64,000 nucleotides of DNA from Acidimicrobiales bacterium (GTDB lineage Bacteria; Actinomycetota; Acidimicrobiia; Acidimicrobiales; JAJPHD01). Positions within the stretch are counted from its first letter, which is position 1. Every line of letters begins with the position of its first letter. The DNA lies in assembly GCA_050744225.1 (NCBI GenBank), contig JBOGGT010000134.1, positions 4,401 to 68,400 on the forward strand. Reading direction: 5' to 3'. Shown piece by piece: positions 26,738 through 36,337 of this stretch. The notes under the pieces were generated by a model. That model was given only the letters and a program-made list of their open reading frames with translations, was not told where the DNA came from and searched no databases. Position numbers and translations under genes: made by a program.

Positions 26738-27443
26738 GGGTGCTCCGTAAAAATGCCACCGTGCGCCCCCAGGCCAGAGCGGACGCCTCAGCCGAGTGCT
26801 GGGCCGGGCGAGCGTCGTTAAAGAAGCCGTGGTGAGTGTCGGGATAAATGAAGACCTCCGCCTGCTTGCCCAGGCCGGTCAGGGCCCGTTCTAGCTCGCG
26901 CGCCTTTTCTGGCCCGGCAAAGTCGTCCTCGGCGGCGTAATGGCCCTGGACCGCGGCGGTCATCGCCGAATAGTCCGGGGCAGCATTCGGCCAGGGAATC
27001 AGACCGTAGTAGGGGACAACCGCGGCCACCCGGTCCGGGCGCTGGCAGCCGAGCACCAGCGCCAGGCCCCCGCCCATGCAATATCCCACAACCCCTACCT
27101 TCGGCCCCGCCGAGGGCCGGGCCACCCCGTCCTTCGGCCCCGCCGAGCGCCGGGCCACCTCGTCTACCGCCCCGCTCATGTCCTTTCCCGCCTGGTCCAG
27201 GCGCATGCCCATCATCGCCTTTTGCGCCTCGTCCGGCTCGGCCGCGGTCAGCCCCCGGTACAGGTCGGGTGCCAGGGCGACAAAGCCTTCCGCTGCAAAG
27301 CGGTCGCACACATCTGCTATGTGGGGGACCAGGCCCCACCACTCCTGGATAACCACCACGCCGGGACCGTCGCCCGAGGCCGGGGTAGCCAAATAGCCCT
27401 GGTCGGTCCCGCCATTGCTGGCGAATGTGATCATCTCTCCCAT
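26730..27443 (-). CDS. dienelactone hydrolase family protein
   Basis: ATG at 27443 follows GGGGAGG. GVVVIQEWWGL...FVALAPDLY...GYCMGG (nucleophile elbow)...DTHHGF. Contains an 11-aa (33-bp) tandem duplication at 27098-27163. Confidence 0.85.
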   Translation of the reverse strand: MGEMITFASNGGTDQGYLATPASGDGPGVVVIQEWWGLVPHIADVCDRFAAEGFVALAPDLYRGLTAAEPDEAQKAMMGMRLDQAGKDMSGAVDEVARRSAGPKDGVARPSAGPKVGVVGYCMGGGLALVLGCQRPDRVAAVVPYYGLIPWPNAAPDYSAMTAAVQGHYAAEDDFAGPEKARELERALTGLGKQAEVFIYPDTHHGFFNDARPAQHSAEASALAWGRTVAFLRSTLE

Positions 27444-27472
27444 TCGAGCCTCCCCTTTCTCAGTAGCTTTAA

Positions 27473-27946
27473 TCAATAGAGGCCCCCGAGTTTGCGGTGA
27501 TCCCAGGAGACCATCTTTTCCACCTCTATGCGCACCGCTACCCGTTTGGGCGCCGAGCCAATCATGGCCTCTCGCGCCGGACCCACCATCGGGCCGGCCG
27601 AGCCCGGCCCGGCATAGCGGTCCAGCAGGCGCTCCGCCAGTGCGGCGACCGTCTCGGTGTCCTCCACTATCACCCCCCGGCCAACCAGCTCGACGCCACG
27701 CAGGGTGGAGTAGCTGTCCCCGTCCTCCACCAGCGCGGTGAGGCGCGGGTCCCGGCGCAGGTTGACCGCCTTTTGCGCCCGAGCATAGGTCCAAAAAGCC
27801 GGCGCCCCCTCCAGCCAGGCGTACCACACCGCCACCAGGTGCGGCCGCCCGCCGGCCCCAATGGTGGCCACGGTCATCGTGCGAGCGCCGGCGAGGTACT
27901 CCTGCGCCTCCTCAGGGCTCATCGACACCTGGTTGCGCCTGCTCAT
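27473..27946 (-). CDS. PPOX-class (pyridoxamine 5'-phosphate oxidase fold) probable F420-dependent enzyme
   Basis: ARTMTVATIGAGGRPHLVAVWYAW...AVNLRRDPRLTALVEDG...LRGVELVGR. Confidence 0.8.
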   Translation of the reverse strand: MSRRNQVSMSPEEAQEYLAGARTMTVATIGAGGRPHLVAVWYAWLEGAPAFWTYARAQKAVNLRRDPRLTALVEDGDSYSTLRGVELVGRGVIVEDTETVAALAERLLDRYAGPGSAGPMVGPAREAMIGSAPKRVAVRIEVEKMVSWDHRKLGGLY

Positions 27947-28040
27947 GGCGCCACCGACGCGCTCATGCCCCCACCGACGCGCTCATGCCCCCACCGAACT
28001 GCTCATCGCCCCACCGAACTGCTCATGACCCCACCGACCC
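27941..28040 (-). repeat. 20-bp x5 tandem repeat carrying ATGA junctions (mini-ORF relay)
   Basis: The unit (minus strand) is about GCGTCGGTGGGGGCATGAGC. It supplies the upstream gene's stop, four 7-codon ORFs (MSSSVGR, MSSSVGA, MSASVGA, MSASVAP) and the PPOX start, all linked by ATGA overlaps. Confidence 0.9.
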
Positions 28041-28889
28041 CAGCGGCCCCAGCAGTTCGGCCACCACCGGGCAGTCCGCCCGTCCCAGCGCCTCGGCCAG
28101 CGGGACCACCCCCCCCGGCCCGGCAACCTTCCCCCACAGGCCCCCAATCCGTTCCTCTATCAGCTCCCAGCTCCGATCCCAGGGTTCGCCCGGGTCGTCG
28201 TCGAGCCTGAGGGCCAGGGCCTGCCAGAGCCGGCCTGGGAGCACCCGACCAGCCCCGGCAACCAGCACCACCGGTACCTCCGCCGAGCACGCGACCGCCG
28301 CAGCGGCCCACGACCCCGCAGCCGCCACCACCCCTGAGTCGCCGAGAGCGAGCGCCTCCACCAGGACCACGTCGGCCGCGGCCACAGCCTGGGCCAGGCC
28401 GGAGGCCGGCACCTCGATCACCTCGGACCCGGCGCTGTGCAGCCGCCTCACCAAACCATCAGCCTCACATTCAGGGTCATAGCTCATCACCGCCAGGTCG
28501 CCCCTGCGCAGGACCGCGGACCCAGCCAGCTCGGGCCACCCGATCAGCACCACCGCGGCCGACTCTCCCAGCTCGTCGGCGAGCAGTCGAGCAGTCGGAT
28601 CACGGTCCAGCTCGTCCACCACCGCCCAGCACTCGGCCGCCGGGTCCACCGAAGCCAGGACCCGCGACGCCAGCCACCACATCGGGCCCACCTGGGGATG
28701 GCGGCCCACCAGCCTCTTGCAGGCGGTGACCATCGCGGCGGGATCGCCCGCCAGGCCCGCCAGAGCGGCGGCAGCCTCGCTCACCAGCGAGGAGGGGGGC
28801 GCACCGCCAGCCCTGGCCACGTAGCGCAGACGCTCGATGGGGTGCACCGCTGCGAGCCTAACCGGCCGATCTTGGCACCCTGAAGACAT
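28023..28889 (-). CDS. hypothetical protein (conserved-looking, alpha/beta)
   Basis: 288-aa ORF with coding-like composition. The first ~8 codons lie in a 20-bp-stem hairpin, so the real start may be a downstream GTG. Confidence 0.5.
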   Translation of the reverse strand: MSSGCQDRPVRLAAVHPIERLRYVARAGGAPPSSLVSEAAAALAGLAGDPAAMVTACKRLVGRHPQVGPMWWLASRVLASVDPAAECWAVVDELDRDPTARLLADELGESAAVVLIGWPELAGSAVLRRGDLAVMSYDPECEADGLVRRLHSAGSEVIEVPASGLAQAVAAADVVLVEALALGDSGVVAAAGSWAAAAVACSAEVPVVLVAGAGRVLPGRLWQALALRLDDDPGEPWDRSWELIEERIGGLWGKVAGPGGVVPLAEALGRADCPVVAELLGPLGSVGS

Positions 28890-28918
28890 CCTGGATGACT
28901 TCAGGGTGCCAAGATCGG
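28866..28918 (-). terminator. perfect 20-bp-stem hairpin downstream of the fumarase gene
   Basis: CCGATCTTGGCACCCTGAAG-13 nt-CTTCAGGGTGCCAAGATCGG, about 80 nt after the stop at 28997. Confidence 0.55.
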
Positions 28919-28996
28919 GCAGAGTCCGGCACCAGAGCCCGGCGGGGGCGCACTGAGCGGGGGTGGGCGCTGGTCGAGGGGCAGCACTGGGCCAAA

Positions 28997-30379
28997 TTAA
29001 TATAAAATCCCGCCCCGGGTCATAGCCAGGGTGTCCAGCGCCCGGTCCACCTCTGACTCAGAGAGCAGGCCCCTCTCCAGCACTACCGCCCTCAAGGTCT
29101 TTCCGGAAGTTGCCGCGGCCTTGACCACCTCGGCGGCGGCCTCGTAGCCGATCCACGGGTTGAGGGCGGTGGCCAGCGCCGGCGAGGAAGCCGCGTAGGC
29201 CGCGCAGCGCTCCACCTCGGCCTCGATCCCCGCCACGCAGCGGTCGGCCAGCGCCCGCGCCGCCCCGGTGAGCAGACGGATCGACTCGCACAGGTTGGCA
29301 GCGATGACCGGCGCCATCAGGTTCAGCTCGAGGGTGCCCGCCGCCCCCCCGAAAGCGACCGCCGCGTCGTTGCCGATCACCTGGGCCACCACCTGGCAGA
29401 CCGCCTCGGGCACGACCGGGTTCACCTTGCCGGGCATGATCGACGACCCCGGTTGCAGCTCAGGCAGGCGGATCTCGCCCAGCCCGCAGCGCGGCCCGCT
29501 GCCCATCAGGCGCAGGTCGTTGGCCACCTTATAGAGAGCAATTGAGCACCCGCGCAGCCCAGCCGACGCTTCCACCAGCGCATCGCGCGCCCCCGCGGTG
29601 GCGAAGTGATCCCGCGACTCGGTCAGCGCCAAGCCGAGGCGCTCGGACAGATCGGCGATCACCGCGCGGGCAAAGCCCGGCGGCGCGTTCAGCCCGGTGC
29701 CGACCGCCGTGCCCCCCAAGGGGAGCTCGCACAGGCGCCCCATCAGGCCCTCCAGCAGCTCAACGCAGCGTCGGATCTGTGCGGTGTAACCCCCGAACTC
29801 CTGGCCGAGGGTCACCGGGGTGGCGTCCATCAGGTGCGTCCTGCCCGCCTTGACCACCCCGGCAAAGGCCGCCGCCCGCTCCCCCAGGGCCTCGGCGAGG
29901 TGCTCCAGCGCCGGGACCAGCTCCTTGGCGATCCCCTGGGCGGCGGCGAGGTGGATCGCGCTCGGGAACACATCGTTGGAGGACTGCGAGGCGTTGGGTT
30001 CGTTGTTCGGGCGGATCTCGGTTCCCAGGCGCTCGCCGGCCAGGTTGGCCAGCACCTCGTTCATGTTCATGTTGGTGGAGGTCCCCGACCCGGTCTGGAA
30101 CACGTCGACCGGGAACTGCCCGGCGTGGCGCCCCTCGGCGACCTCCCCGGCCGCAGCGACCAGGGCAGCGGCCACTCCTGGGTCGATGACACCGAGAGAG
30201 GCGTTGGCGCGGGCGGCGGCGGCTTTGATCTGGGCGAGCGCGCAGATCAGCTCGGGGTCCATACCTCGGCCCGAGATGGACAGGTTCTCCACCGCGCGCT
30301 GGGTCTGTGCCCCCCAGCGAGCGGTGGCAGGGACGCCCACCTCCCCCATCGAGTCGTGTTCGATCCGGAGCGCTTCCAT
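28997..30379 (-). CDS. fumC: class II fumarate hydratase (fumarase/aspartase superfamily)
   Basis: [27 protein letters not shown], and the signature [12 protein letters not shown]. The QTGSGT form favours fumarase over aspartase, but VVPE after the signature is aspartase-like, so subfamily certainty is moderate. Confidence 0.8.
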   Translation of the reverse strand: MEALRIEHDSMGEVGVPATARWGAQTQRAVENLSISGRGMDPELICALAQIKAAAARANASLGVIDPGVAAALVAAAGEVAEGRHAGQFPVDVFQTGSGTSTNMNMNEVLANLAGERLGTEIRPNNEPNASQSSNDVFPSAIHLAAAQGIAKELVPALEHLAEALGERAAAFAGVVKAGRTHLMDATPVTLGQEFGGYTAQIRRCVELLEGLMGRLCELPLGGTAVGTGLNAPPGFARAVIADLSERLGLALTESRDHFATAGARDALVEASAGLRGCSIALYKVANDLRLMGSGPRCGLGEIRLPELQPGSSIMPGKVNPVVPEAVCQVVAQVIGNDAAVAFGGAAGTLELNLMAPVIAANLCESIRLLTGAARALADRCVAGIEAEVERCAAYAASSPALATALNPWIGYEAAAEVVKAAATSGKTLRAVVLERGLLSESEVDRALDTLAMTRGGILY

Positions 30380-30494
30380 GCTTGTCCAAGGTAGGTTATC
30401 GCAACATTAGTGGGCCACCGGTCCGTCAGATTTTGTGAGGTTTCTTGGCCATACCCTTGCGCAAAGGACGCAAATGGTTTAGGTTGTCGCCCTA

Positions 30495-31709
30495 GTGACC
30501 TTCCGATCTTGCTTCTCGGGGGCGCGAGCGTACGCAAACCGGTTTCAGCCGCAAAGGTGGGGCCTGGCGGCGGCGCTGGTGGCCACAGTCCTTCTTTCTC
30601 CGCTGGCGAGCAACGCCGTACCCGCCGGCGCCACCAGCCTGGCGTCGGCCCAGGCCCAGGCCGCCCAGCTGGAGAGCGAGATCAGCGCCGAACAATCCCG
30701 GGTCGACTCGCTCTCCCAGGCCTATGACGCCGCCCAGATCAAGGTGACCGCCCTGAACGCCCAGGTCACCGCGGCCAAGGCCTCCCTGGCCAAGATGACC
30801 GCCAACGTCGCGGGCATCACCACCAAACTGCGCGCCCAGGCAATCCAGTCGTGGGTCAACCAGGGCAGCGGCAGCTCGTTGCAGGCCCTGCTGGAGGGCA
30901 ACGCCTCCCAGCTCATGGTGCGACAGCAGTTCATCAACTCGGTGGGCGACAACGAGCAGAACACCGTCGATGCGCTCAACATCGCCGAGCGGGCCGAGCA
31001 CGCCAAACAGGAGTCGCTCACGAAAGCCCAGGCTGCGGCGAACGCGGAGTTCAACACCGTCGCCTCTGACAAGAGCGCGGCAATCAACGAGACCGCCGCC
31101 TACCAGAACACTCTGGCTCAGGTACACGGTCAGATCGCCACCCTGGTAGCCCAGATCCAGGCCGAGCAGCAGGCCAAGCGCCAGGCGGCGGCGCAAGCGG
31201 CGGCCAACCAGCTCGCCGCGCAGCAGGCGCAGCAGGCGCAGCAGGCGCAGGCGCAGGCCACAGCGGCCGCTGCACCCCTGGGGAGTTCCGGCGGCGGCGG
31301 CCTGCCGACAGTCTCGGGATCCTCGGGTCCGCCACCTCCCCCCGGTGGCGGTGCGTCCACTGCGGTATCGGTGGCGCTTGCCCAACTGGGGACCCCGTAT
31401 GTGTGGGGCGGCGCGTCCCCGGGAGGATTTGACTGCTCTGGGCTGGTCCTTTACGCCTGGGGCCAGGCCGGGGTGAGCCTGCCCCACTACACCGGCTCCC
31501 AGTACGCCGACACCACCCAGGTCCCCCTCGCCGATGCCCAGCCTGGCGACCTGGTGTTCTACTACGTGCCCGGTGAGGCCAATCCTGGCCACGTCGCCCT
31601 CTACATCGGCGGTGGACAGGTGGTCTCGGCGAATGAGACCGGGACCAACGTGCAGACCCAGTCGATCTACTACGACGGCAACATCATGGGGGTTGGCCGG
31701 GTGAGCTGA
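30495..31709 (+). CDS. RipA-like peptidoglycan endopeptidase: signal peptide + coiled coil + NlpC/P60
   Basis: C-terminal GGFDCSGLVLYAWGQAGVSLPHYTGSQY...GDLVFY...GHVALYIGGGQVV, with a long N-terminal coiled coil and a Gln/Ala-rich linker. Confidence 0.85.
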   Translation: MTFRSCFSGARAYANRFQPQRWGLAAALVATVLLSPLASNAVPAGATSLASAQAQAAQLESEISAEQSRVDSLSQAYDAAQIKVTALNAQVTAAKASLAKMTANVAGITTKLRAQAIQSWVNQGSGSSLQALLEGNASQLMVRQQFINSVGDNEQNTVDALNIAERAEHAKQESLTKAQAAANAEFNTVASDKSAAINETAAYQNTLAQVHGQIATLVAQIQAEQQAKRQAAAQAAANQLAAQQAQQAQQAQAQATAAAAPLGSSGGGGLPTVSGSSGPPPPPGGGASTAVSVALAQLGTPYVWGGASPGGFDCSGLVLYAWGQAGVSLPHYTGSQYADTTQVPLADAQPGDLVFYYVPGEANPGHVALYIGGGQVVSANETGTNVQTQSIYYDGNIMGVGRVS

Positions 31710-31847
31710 GCTTGACAGCATGAGCTTGAAAGCACGGTAGGACCTGGCGCGAAGCGGGAGAGCGCCAGCTTGGAAGCCAGGGATCTCAATGGGGGGCCTG
31801 TGAGCCAGCAGTCGAAAAAGTTCAAACGAAGCTTGCGCTTCAGGCAG

Positions 31848-33677
31848 ATGAGCAGGGGGACCCTGGTCGCGGTGCTGGCCGGGGGGACCGCTGCTACGGC
31901 TGGCCTGGCCGCTCTGGCCGAGACGGTGGCCGCTTCGCCCACCTTGTCCCTCGGGCGAATCTCCGGTGCGGACCGATTCGCCACCGCGGTGGACATCGCC
32001 AAAGCCACCTATGGCGGCTCCTCTGGGGCCACGCCCGACCTGCCCACCGTGCTCATGGCGACAGGGACCAACTTTCCCGACGCCCTGGCCGCCACCTACC
32101 TGGCCGGCGAGATGAAGACCTCCATCTTGTTGGCCAACCCCGATTCGCTCCCTTCGGCGACGCGCGCCGGCCTGGTCGCCTTCCATACCACCACCGTCGA
32201 CCTGATCGGCGGGCCCGCGGCGGTGGACAACTCGGTGGTATCGGACCTGACCGCGATGGGGATAACGGTGAAGCGGATCTTCAACCAGGACGGCTGCACA
32301 ACTACCTGCAGCCGCTTTGACACCATGGATTCTGTGGACACCATGGCCGGGACCACCCCGGGCACTTCCACCGGGCCCAACTCGAATGTTGGTCTTCCCG
32401 TCGCCAACCAGCGCACCGCGATACTGGCTACCGGGGACAACTTTCCCGATGCCCTGGCCGCGGGCCCGATGGCGGTCGGCGACCACTTCCCGATCATCCT
32501 GACCGCCGGAACGCCGGCGACGATGTCGCCCCAGGCGTTGGCGGTGATCCACCAGGACCAGATCAATCACCTGATCGTGGTGGGCGGCGCAGCGGCAATC
32601 AACCCCTCCCAGTACAAGAACCTGGCGGGGATCACCGTTGACACCGACGCCACCCAAGGGGCGAACCGCTCCCAGACCTCCGAGCTGTTGGCCCTCGACG
32701 AGGTGGCCAACTACGGGATGTCCGATACCGCGCTGAACATCGCCAACGGCTTCGACCCGAGCTTCAACGGGATCACAGGCGTGCCCGCCAGCCAGCAGCC
32801 TTCCAATGCGATCAACCTCGGAGCGGTCAGCCTGGGTGGCGGCCAGCGCCCCTCCCCCTCGGCCGGCGCAAGGGCGAAGGCAGCCAATGGCCCAGCTGTT
32901 GCGCCGGGCTCGACCCCCGCTGTTGCGCCCGCAGGCACCTCGACAAATGCTGGTGCATTGAGTGACCTACTCGGCACCATCAACCTGCGCAGCGGCACCA
33001 CCCAAAACCCTGGCCTGGTGGGCTTCACCCCCGATGCCCTGGCCGGGGCGGTGCTGGGTGGCACCGGTGCCCCCCTCGCCCCCACCCTGATCACCGACAG
33101 CCCGACCAACCCGGGCTACGTGGTCGACTTTGTCAAGGCCGAGTCCTCCAGCCTGGTACAGGGCGACGTGTTCGGCGGGACCTCTGCGGTGAGCCCAGCG
33201 GCCATGGCACAGGTCCTCGCCGCTGCGCCCGGTTCCGCTGCCTCCAGCGCGGCTGCCCTCGGAGAACGTACCCCTGCCACTCCCGGGGGTCCCGGGGCGT
33301 CGTTGGCCGCTCCCTCCGGCGGATCGGCTGCGGTGACCGCCGCGCTCGCTCAGCAGGGGATACCTTATGTCTACGGGGGATCGAGCCCTGGTGGCTTCGA
33401 CTGCTCCGGACTGGTCATGTACGCCTGGGCAGCGGCCGGGGTGAGCCTCCCGCACAACTCGGTGTCTCAGTACGAGGACACCACACAGGTACCCTTGGCT
33501 GGGCTGGCGCCTGGTGACCTGGTCTTCTACGACGAGCCCGGCGGGCCGAACCCAGGGCACGTCGCCATGTACATCGGTGGGGGCCAAGTGGTTGCGGCCG
33601 ACACCACCGGGACCACGGTCAGGGTCGAGTCGATGTACGTCGACGGGGTCCCGACGGGCTACGGGCAGGTCTCTTGA
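31848..33677 (+). CDS. cell-wall-anchored NlpC/P60 endopeptidase with 3 x CWB2 repeats
   Basis: Signal peptide from the ATG at 31848 (alternative TTG at 31770). CWB2 repeats (GADRFATAVDIAKATY...LMATGTNFPDALAATYLAG...ILLANP...DLIGGPAAV). C-terminal GGFDCSGLVMYAWAAAGVSLPH...GHVAMYIGGGQVV. Confidence 0.8.
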   Translation: MSRGTLVAVLAGGTAATAGLAALAETVAASPTLSLGRISGADRFATAVDIAKATYGGSSGATPDLPTVLMATGTNFPDALAATYLAGEMKTSILLANPDSLPSATRAGLVAFHTTTVDLIGGPAAVDNSVVSDLTAMGITVKRIFNQDGCTTTCSRFDTMDSVDTMAGTTPGTSTGPNSNVGLPVANQRTAILATGDNFPDALAAGPMAVGDHFPIILTAGTPATMSPQALAVIHQDQINHLIVVGGAAAINPSQYKNLAGITVDTDATQGANRSQTSELLALDEVANYGMSDTALNIANGFDPSFNGITGVPASQQPSNAINLGAVSLGGGQRPSPSAGARAKAANGPAVAPGSTPAVAPAGTSTNAGALSDLLGTINLRSGTTQNPGLVGFTPDALAGAVLGGTGAPLAPTLITDSPTNPGYVVDFVKAESSSLVQGDVFGGTSAVSPAAMAQVLAAAPGSAASSAAALGERTPATPGGPGASLAAPSGGSAAVTAALAQQGIPYVYGGSSPGGFDCSGLVMYAWAAAGVSLPHNSVSQYEDTTQVPLAGLAPGDLVFYDEPGGPNPGHVAMYIGGGQVVAADTTGTTVRVESMYVDGVPTGYGQVS

Positions 33678-33712
33678 CCGCCGCTGATTGCTCGGCTCCT
33701 TAGGGGCCTGCG

Positions 33713-34666
33713 GTGTGGGCGGTGACCATCTCCGCTGGCGCCCTCGCCTGGCGGGAGCACGACAACCCCGTACCTGAGGCGGGAGAGCTGCTGGTCGCGG
33801 TCCGGGCTGCGGGGGTGAACAACGCTGACCTGATGCAGCTGGCGGGGAACTACCCTCCCCCGCCCGGCAGCCCCGCCGACATACCTGGGCTGGAGCTGGC
33901 GGGCGAGGTAGTACGGCTCGGCTCCGGGGTGACCAGCTTCGAGGTGGGTGACCGGGTGATGGCAATCGTGGGCGGTGGCGCCCAGGCCGAGCTGGCGGTG
34001 GTGCACGAGAGGGTGGCAATGCGCGTCCCGTCCGGGCTGGGGTGGGAGGCGGCGGGAGGGTTCCCGGAAGCGTTCACCACTGCGCACGACGCTCTATGGT
34101 CCCAGTGCGGGCTCGCGATGGGCGAGCGACTCTTGGTGAACGGCGCGGCCGGGGGCGTGGGCTCGGCGGCGGTCCAGCTGGGGGTGGCGACCGGGGCCAG
34201 GGTAACCGCGAGCATCCGGGCCGAGGCCCAGCGCGACGCCATGCTGGCTCTGGGCGCGCAGGCGGTGTGGGTCGTCGGCGGTCCGGGGGGCGGCGGTCCG
34301 GGCGGGCCGTTCGACGTGATCCTGGAGCTGGTCGGCGGGCCGAACATGGCCGCCAACCTGCGAGCGCTCGCCACGGGCGGGCGGATCGCGGTCATCGGCA
34401 CAGGCGGGGGTTCGAAGTGCGAGCTGGACCTTGCTAGGCTGATGTCGCGGCGGGCAACGCTGCACGGCTCGACCCTGCGTGCCCGCCCGCTGGAGGCCAA
34501 GGCCACCGCCGCTCGTGCGGTCGAGGCGCAGGTCGTGCCCCTCCTGGCCGACGGTCGTTTGCGTGTTCCGGTTGCCCAGGCCTGGCCCATGGAACAGGCC
34601 TCCTCGGCATACGAGCGCTTTGCTGCGGGCGGCAAGGTGGGCAAGCTGGTGTTGGTGACCAGCTGA
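33713..34666 (+). CDS. NAD(P)H:quinone oxidoreductase, PIG3/Qor family (MDR superfamily)
   Basis: GELLVAVRAAGVNNADLMQLAGNYPPPPG...; nucleotide-binding AAGGVGSAAVQL. Confidence 0.85.
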   Translation: MWAVTISAGALAWREHDNPVPEAGELLVAVRAAGVNNADLMQLAGNYPPPPGSPADIPGLELAGEVVRLGSGVTSFEVGDRVMAIVGGGAQAELAVVHERVAMRVPSGLGWEAAGGFPEAFTTAHDALWSQCGLAMGERLLVNGAAGGVGSAAVQLGVATGARVTASIRAEAQRDAMLALGAQAVWVVGGPGGGGPGGPFDVILELVGGPNMAANLRALATGGRIAVIGTGGGSKCELDLARLMSRRATLHGSTLRARPLEAKATAARAVEAQVVPLLADGRLRVPVAQAWPMEQASSAYERFAAGGKVGKLVLVTS

Positions 34667-34731
34667 TCGCCTCCGGGCCCTTTTCTGGCACGACATGGAA
34701 CTGCCTCCGTGTCACGGGTGTCATAGCAGAC

Positions 34732-35456
34732 GTGAAACCTTTCCGAACCTCAATCCTTTTGACGCTGGGGGTGGGCACCGCCGTCCTCGGCCTGGCCGCC
34801 TGCGGTGGCGCCCCCACCAAGGCGGGCACCGGGGCCAGCTCGCCGACGACAACGGCCTCGACGACAACGGCCTCGACAACCACGCTCAACTCCGCCGCAG
34901 CGAGCCGCTGTGCTGTGTCACAGCTCAGCGTCGCTCCCACCAACCGCGCGGCTGGCCTGGACAACGTGGGAGTGGTCAACGTGCTGCGCAACATTTCGTC
35001 CACCAACTGCACCCTGGAGGCAGCTTCAGCGGCGCACTGTCACCGGGAGCCACTCCGCAGACCCTCACCAAGATGCTGAGCACGCCTACCTGTGGCACGG
35101 GATCCGGTACCATTGAGTCGACCGTCAGCCTCGGAGATGGCGTGCTGGGCATGCTCACGACCTCGAAGGGCAGCGTTTGTGACCTGCGCTGGAACCAGCG
35201 CGCCTGGATCATCGACATCGGGCAATCGGGCGGGACACTCGCACAGGTGAAGCCCCTGGCCACACAGGTCATAAAGGCCATGACCACCGAGAACCTGCCG
35301 GCAGCGCGAGGGACCCTCGCAATCATCGACTCAGGAGACGGCCAGCACACCACGGCCTCCTGGCTTCAGGGCCAGGTCCTCTACCAGGTGGGGGGGTACC
35401 ACCTGGCTTCGGTGGCACTGAGCCTGCTCGGCTCGGTGGCCAGGGTCTCAGGATAG
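34732..35456 (+). pseudogene. lipoprotein gene split by a -1 frameshift near 35015-35040 (or a sequencing error)
   Basis: Frame 1 gives MKPFRTSILLTLGVGTAVLGLAAC (lipobox) up to ...STNCTLE. The coding-like sequence then continues in the adjacent frame (GSFSGALSPGATPQTL...VARVSG, stop at 35456), while frame 1 stops at 35079. Confidence 0.45.
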
Positions 35457-35524
35457 GAGAGGGCCGGGCGGGCCTGCGACCACCGGGCCGGGCGGGCCTG
35501 CGACCACCGAGCCGGCACGAGGCG

Positions 35525-36337
35525 CTAGTTTGCGGAGGGGTCCTCAGGGTAGCCGGCCAGGATCGCCACCTCCGGGGATTGGCGACGCAGCACGGACTTC
35601 CACAAACCGCCTGGGTCGGTCGAGAACGCGTCCTCCTCCGACGGGTCCGCCACCATCCAGCCACCCAGCCCCAGCTCGGAGGTGAGCTGGCCCGGACCCC
35701 AACCTGCGTAGCCTGCAAACACCCGCACCGTGGAGACCGAAGCCGCTGCGGCTGAGGGGTCTCCGTTGAGATCCAGGGTCCCGATGTCAGCCAAGACGGG
35801 TCGCCATCCCTGAGGCCTGTCAAAGGCGAGCTGTTCCAGCGGGCTCGGCTCGGGGATTGTCCCGGAGGTGGGGGCTGGCGGTGCCGGGGCACGCAGACGG
35901 CCGAGGCAGATCGCCGCGGCCGAGGCCACCGGGCCGCCCACGAACACCACTGCCGGTGCGGCCGCAAGGCCCACCCACTGACGCAGCGGTTCGCCAAGGT
36001 CCAGCTGACTGGGCCGGTTGAGCACCAGCCCGAGGCTGCCACCCGAGTCGTGGTGCAGCACGAGCACGACGGTCCGGGCAAAGTTGGGGTCCGCCATCAC
36101 CGGCGCCGCCACCAGGAGCTTCCCCGACAAGTCGGGCTCCGAGTCCCTACCAGGGCCGTCCGGCCCGCCGGCGCCGCCAGACAGACCGGGTCTGGGCATG
36201 CCCCAGCCGGCGGTGTCGTCTCCGAGCGGGCCCCAGGCACTTGGTCCGAAGCCCTCCCACCGACCTCCCTCCCACCGACCTCCCTCCCTCCCGGGATCAG
36301 GGGGGCGGGGCGGTTCTTCGTTCAGGATCACTCCCAT
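35525..36337 (-). CDS. YqgE/AlgH family protein (UPF0301)
   Basis: [38 protein letters not shown]. The chosen ATG at 36337 overlaps the guaA stop by 10 nt. N-terminal Pro/Gly-rich extension with a 15-bp x2 repeat. Confidence 0.75.
   Translation of the reverse strand: MGVILNEEPPRPPDPGREGGRWEGGRWEGFGPSAWGPLGDDTAGWGMPRPGLSGGAGGPDGPGRDSEPDLSGKLLVAAPVMADPNFARTVVLVLHHDSGGSLGLVLNRPSQLDLGEPLRQWVGLAAAPAVVFVGGPVASAAAICLGRLRAPAPPAPTSGTIPEPSPLEQLAFDRPQGWRPVLADIGTLDLNGDPSAAAASVSTVRVFAGYAGWGPGQLTSELGLGGWMVADPSEEDAFSTDPGGLWKSVLRRQSPEVAILAGYPEDPSAN

Noticed and set aside
27941-28040. Tandem repeat arrays (this one, 37907-37990, 47761-47865 and 50668-50800) as possible CRISPR arrays.
   Set aside because: The units are contiguous, with no unique spacers between them, and far shorter (12-20 bp) than CRISPR repeats. 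No cas genes are present; the Cas4-like genes here are not next to any array.
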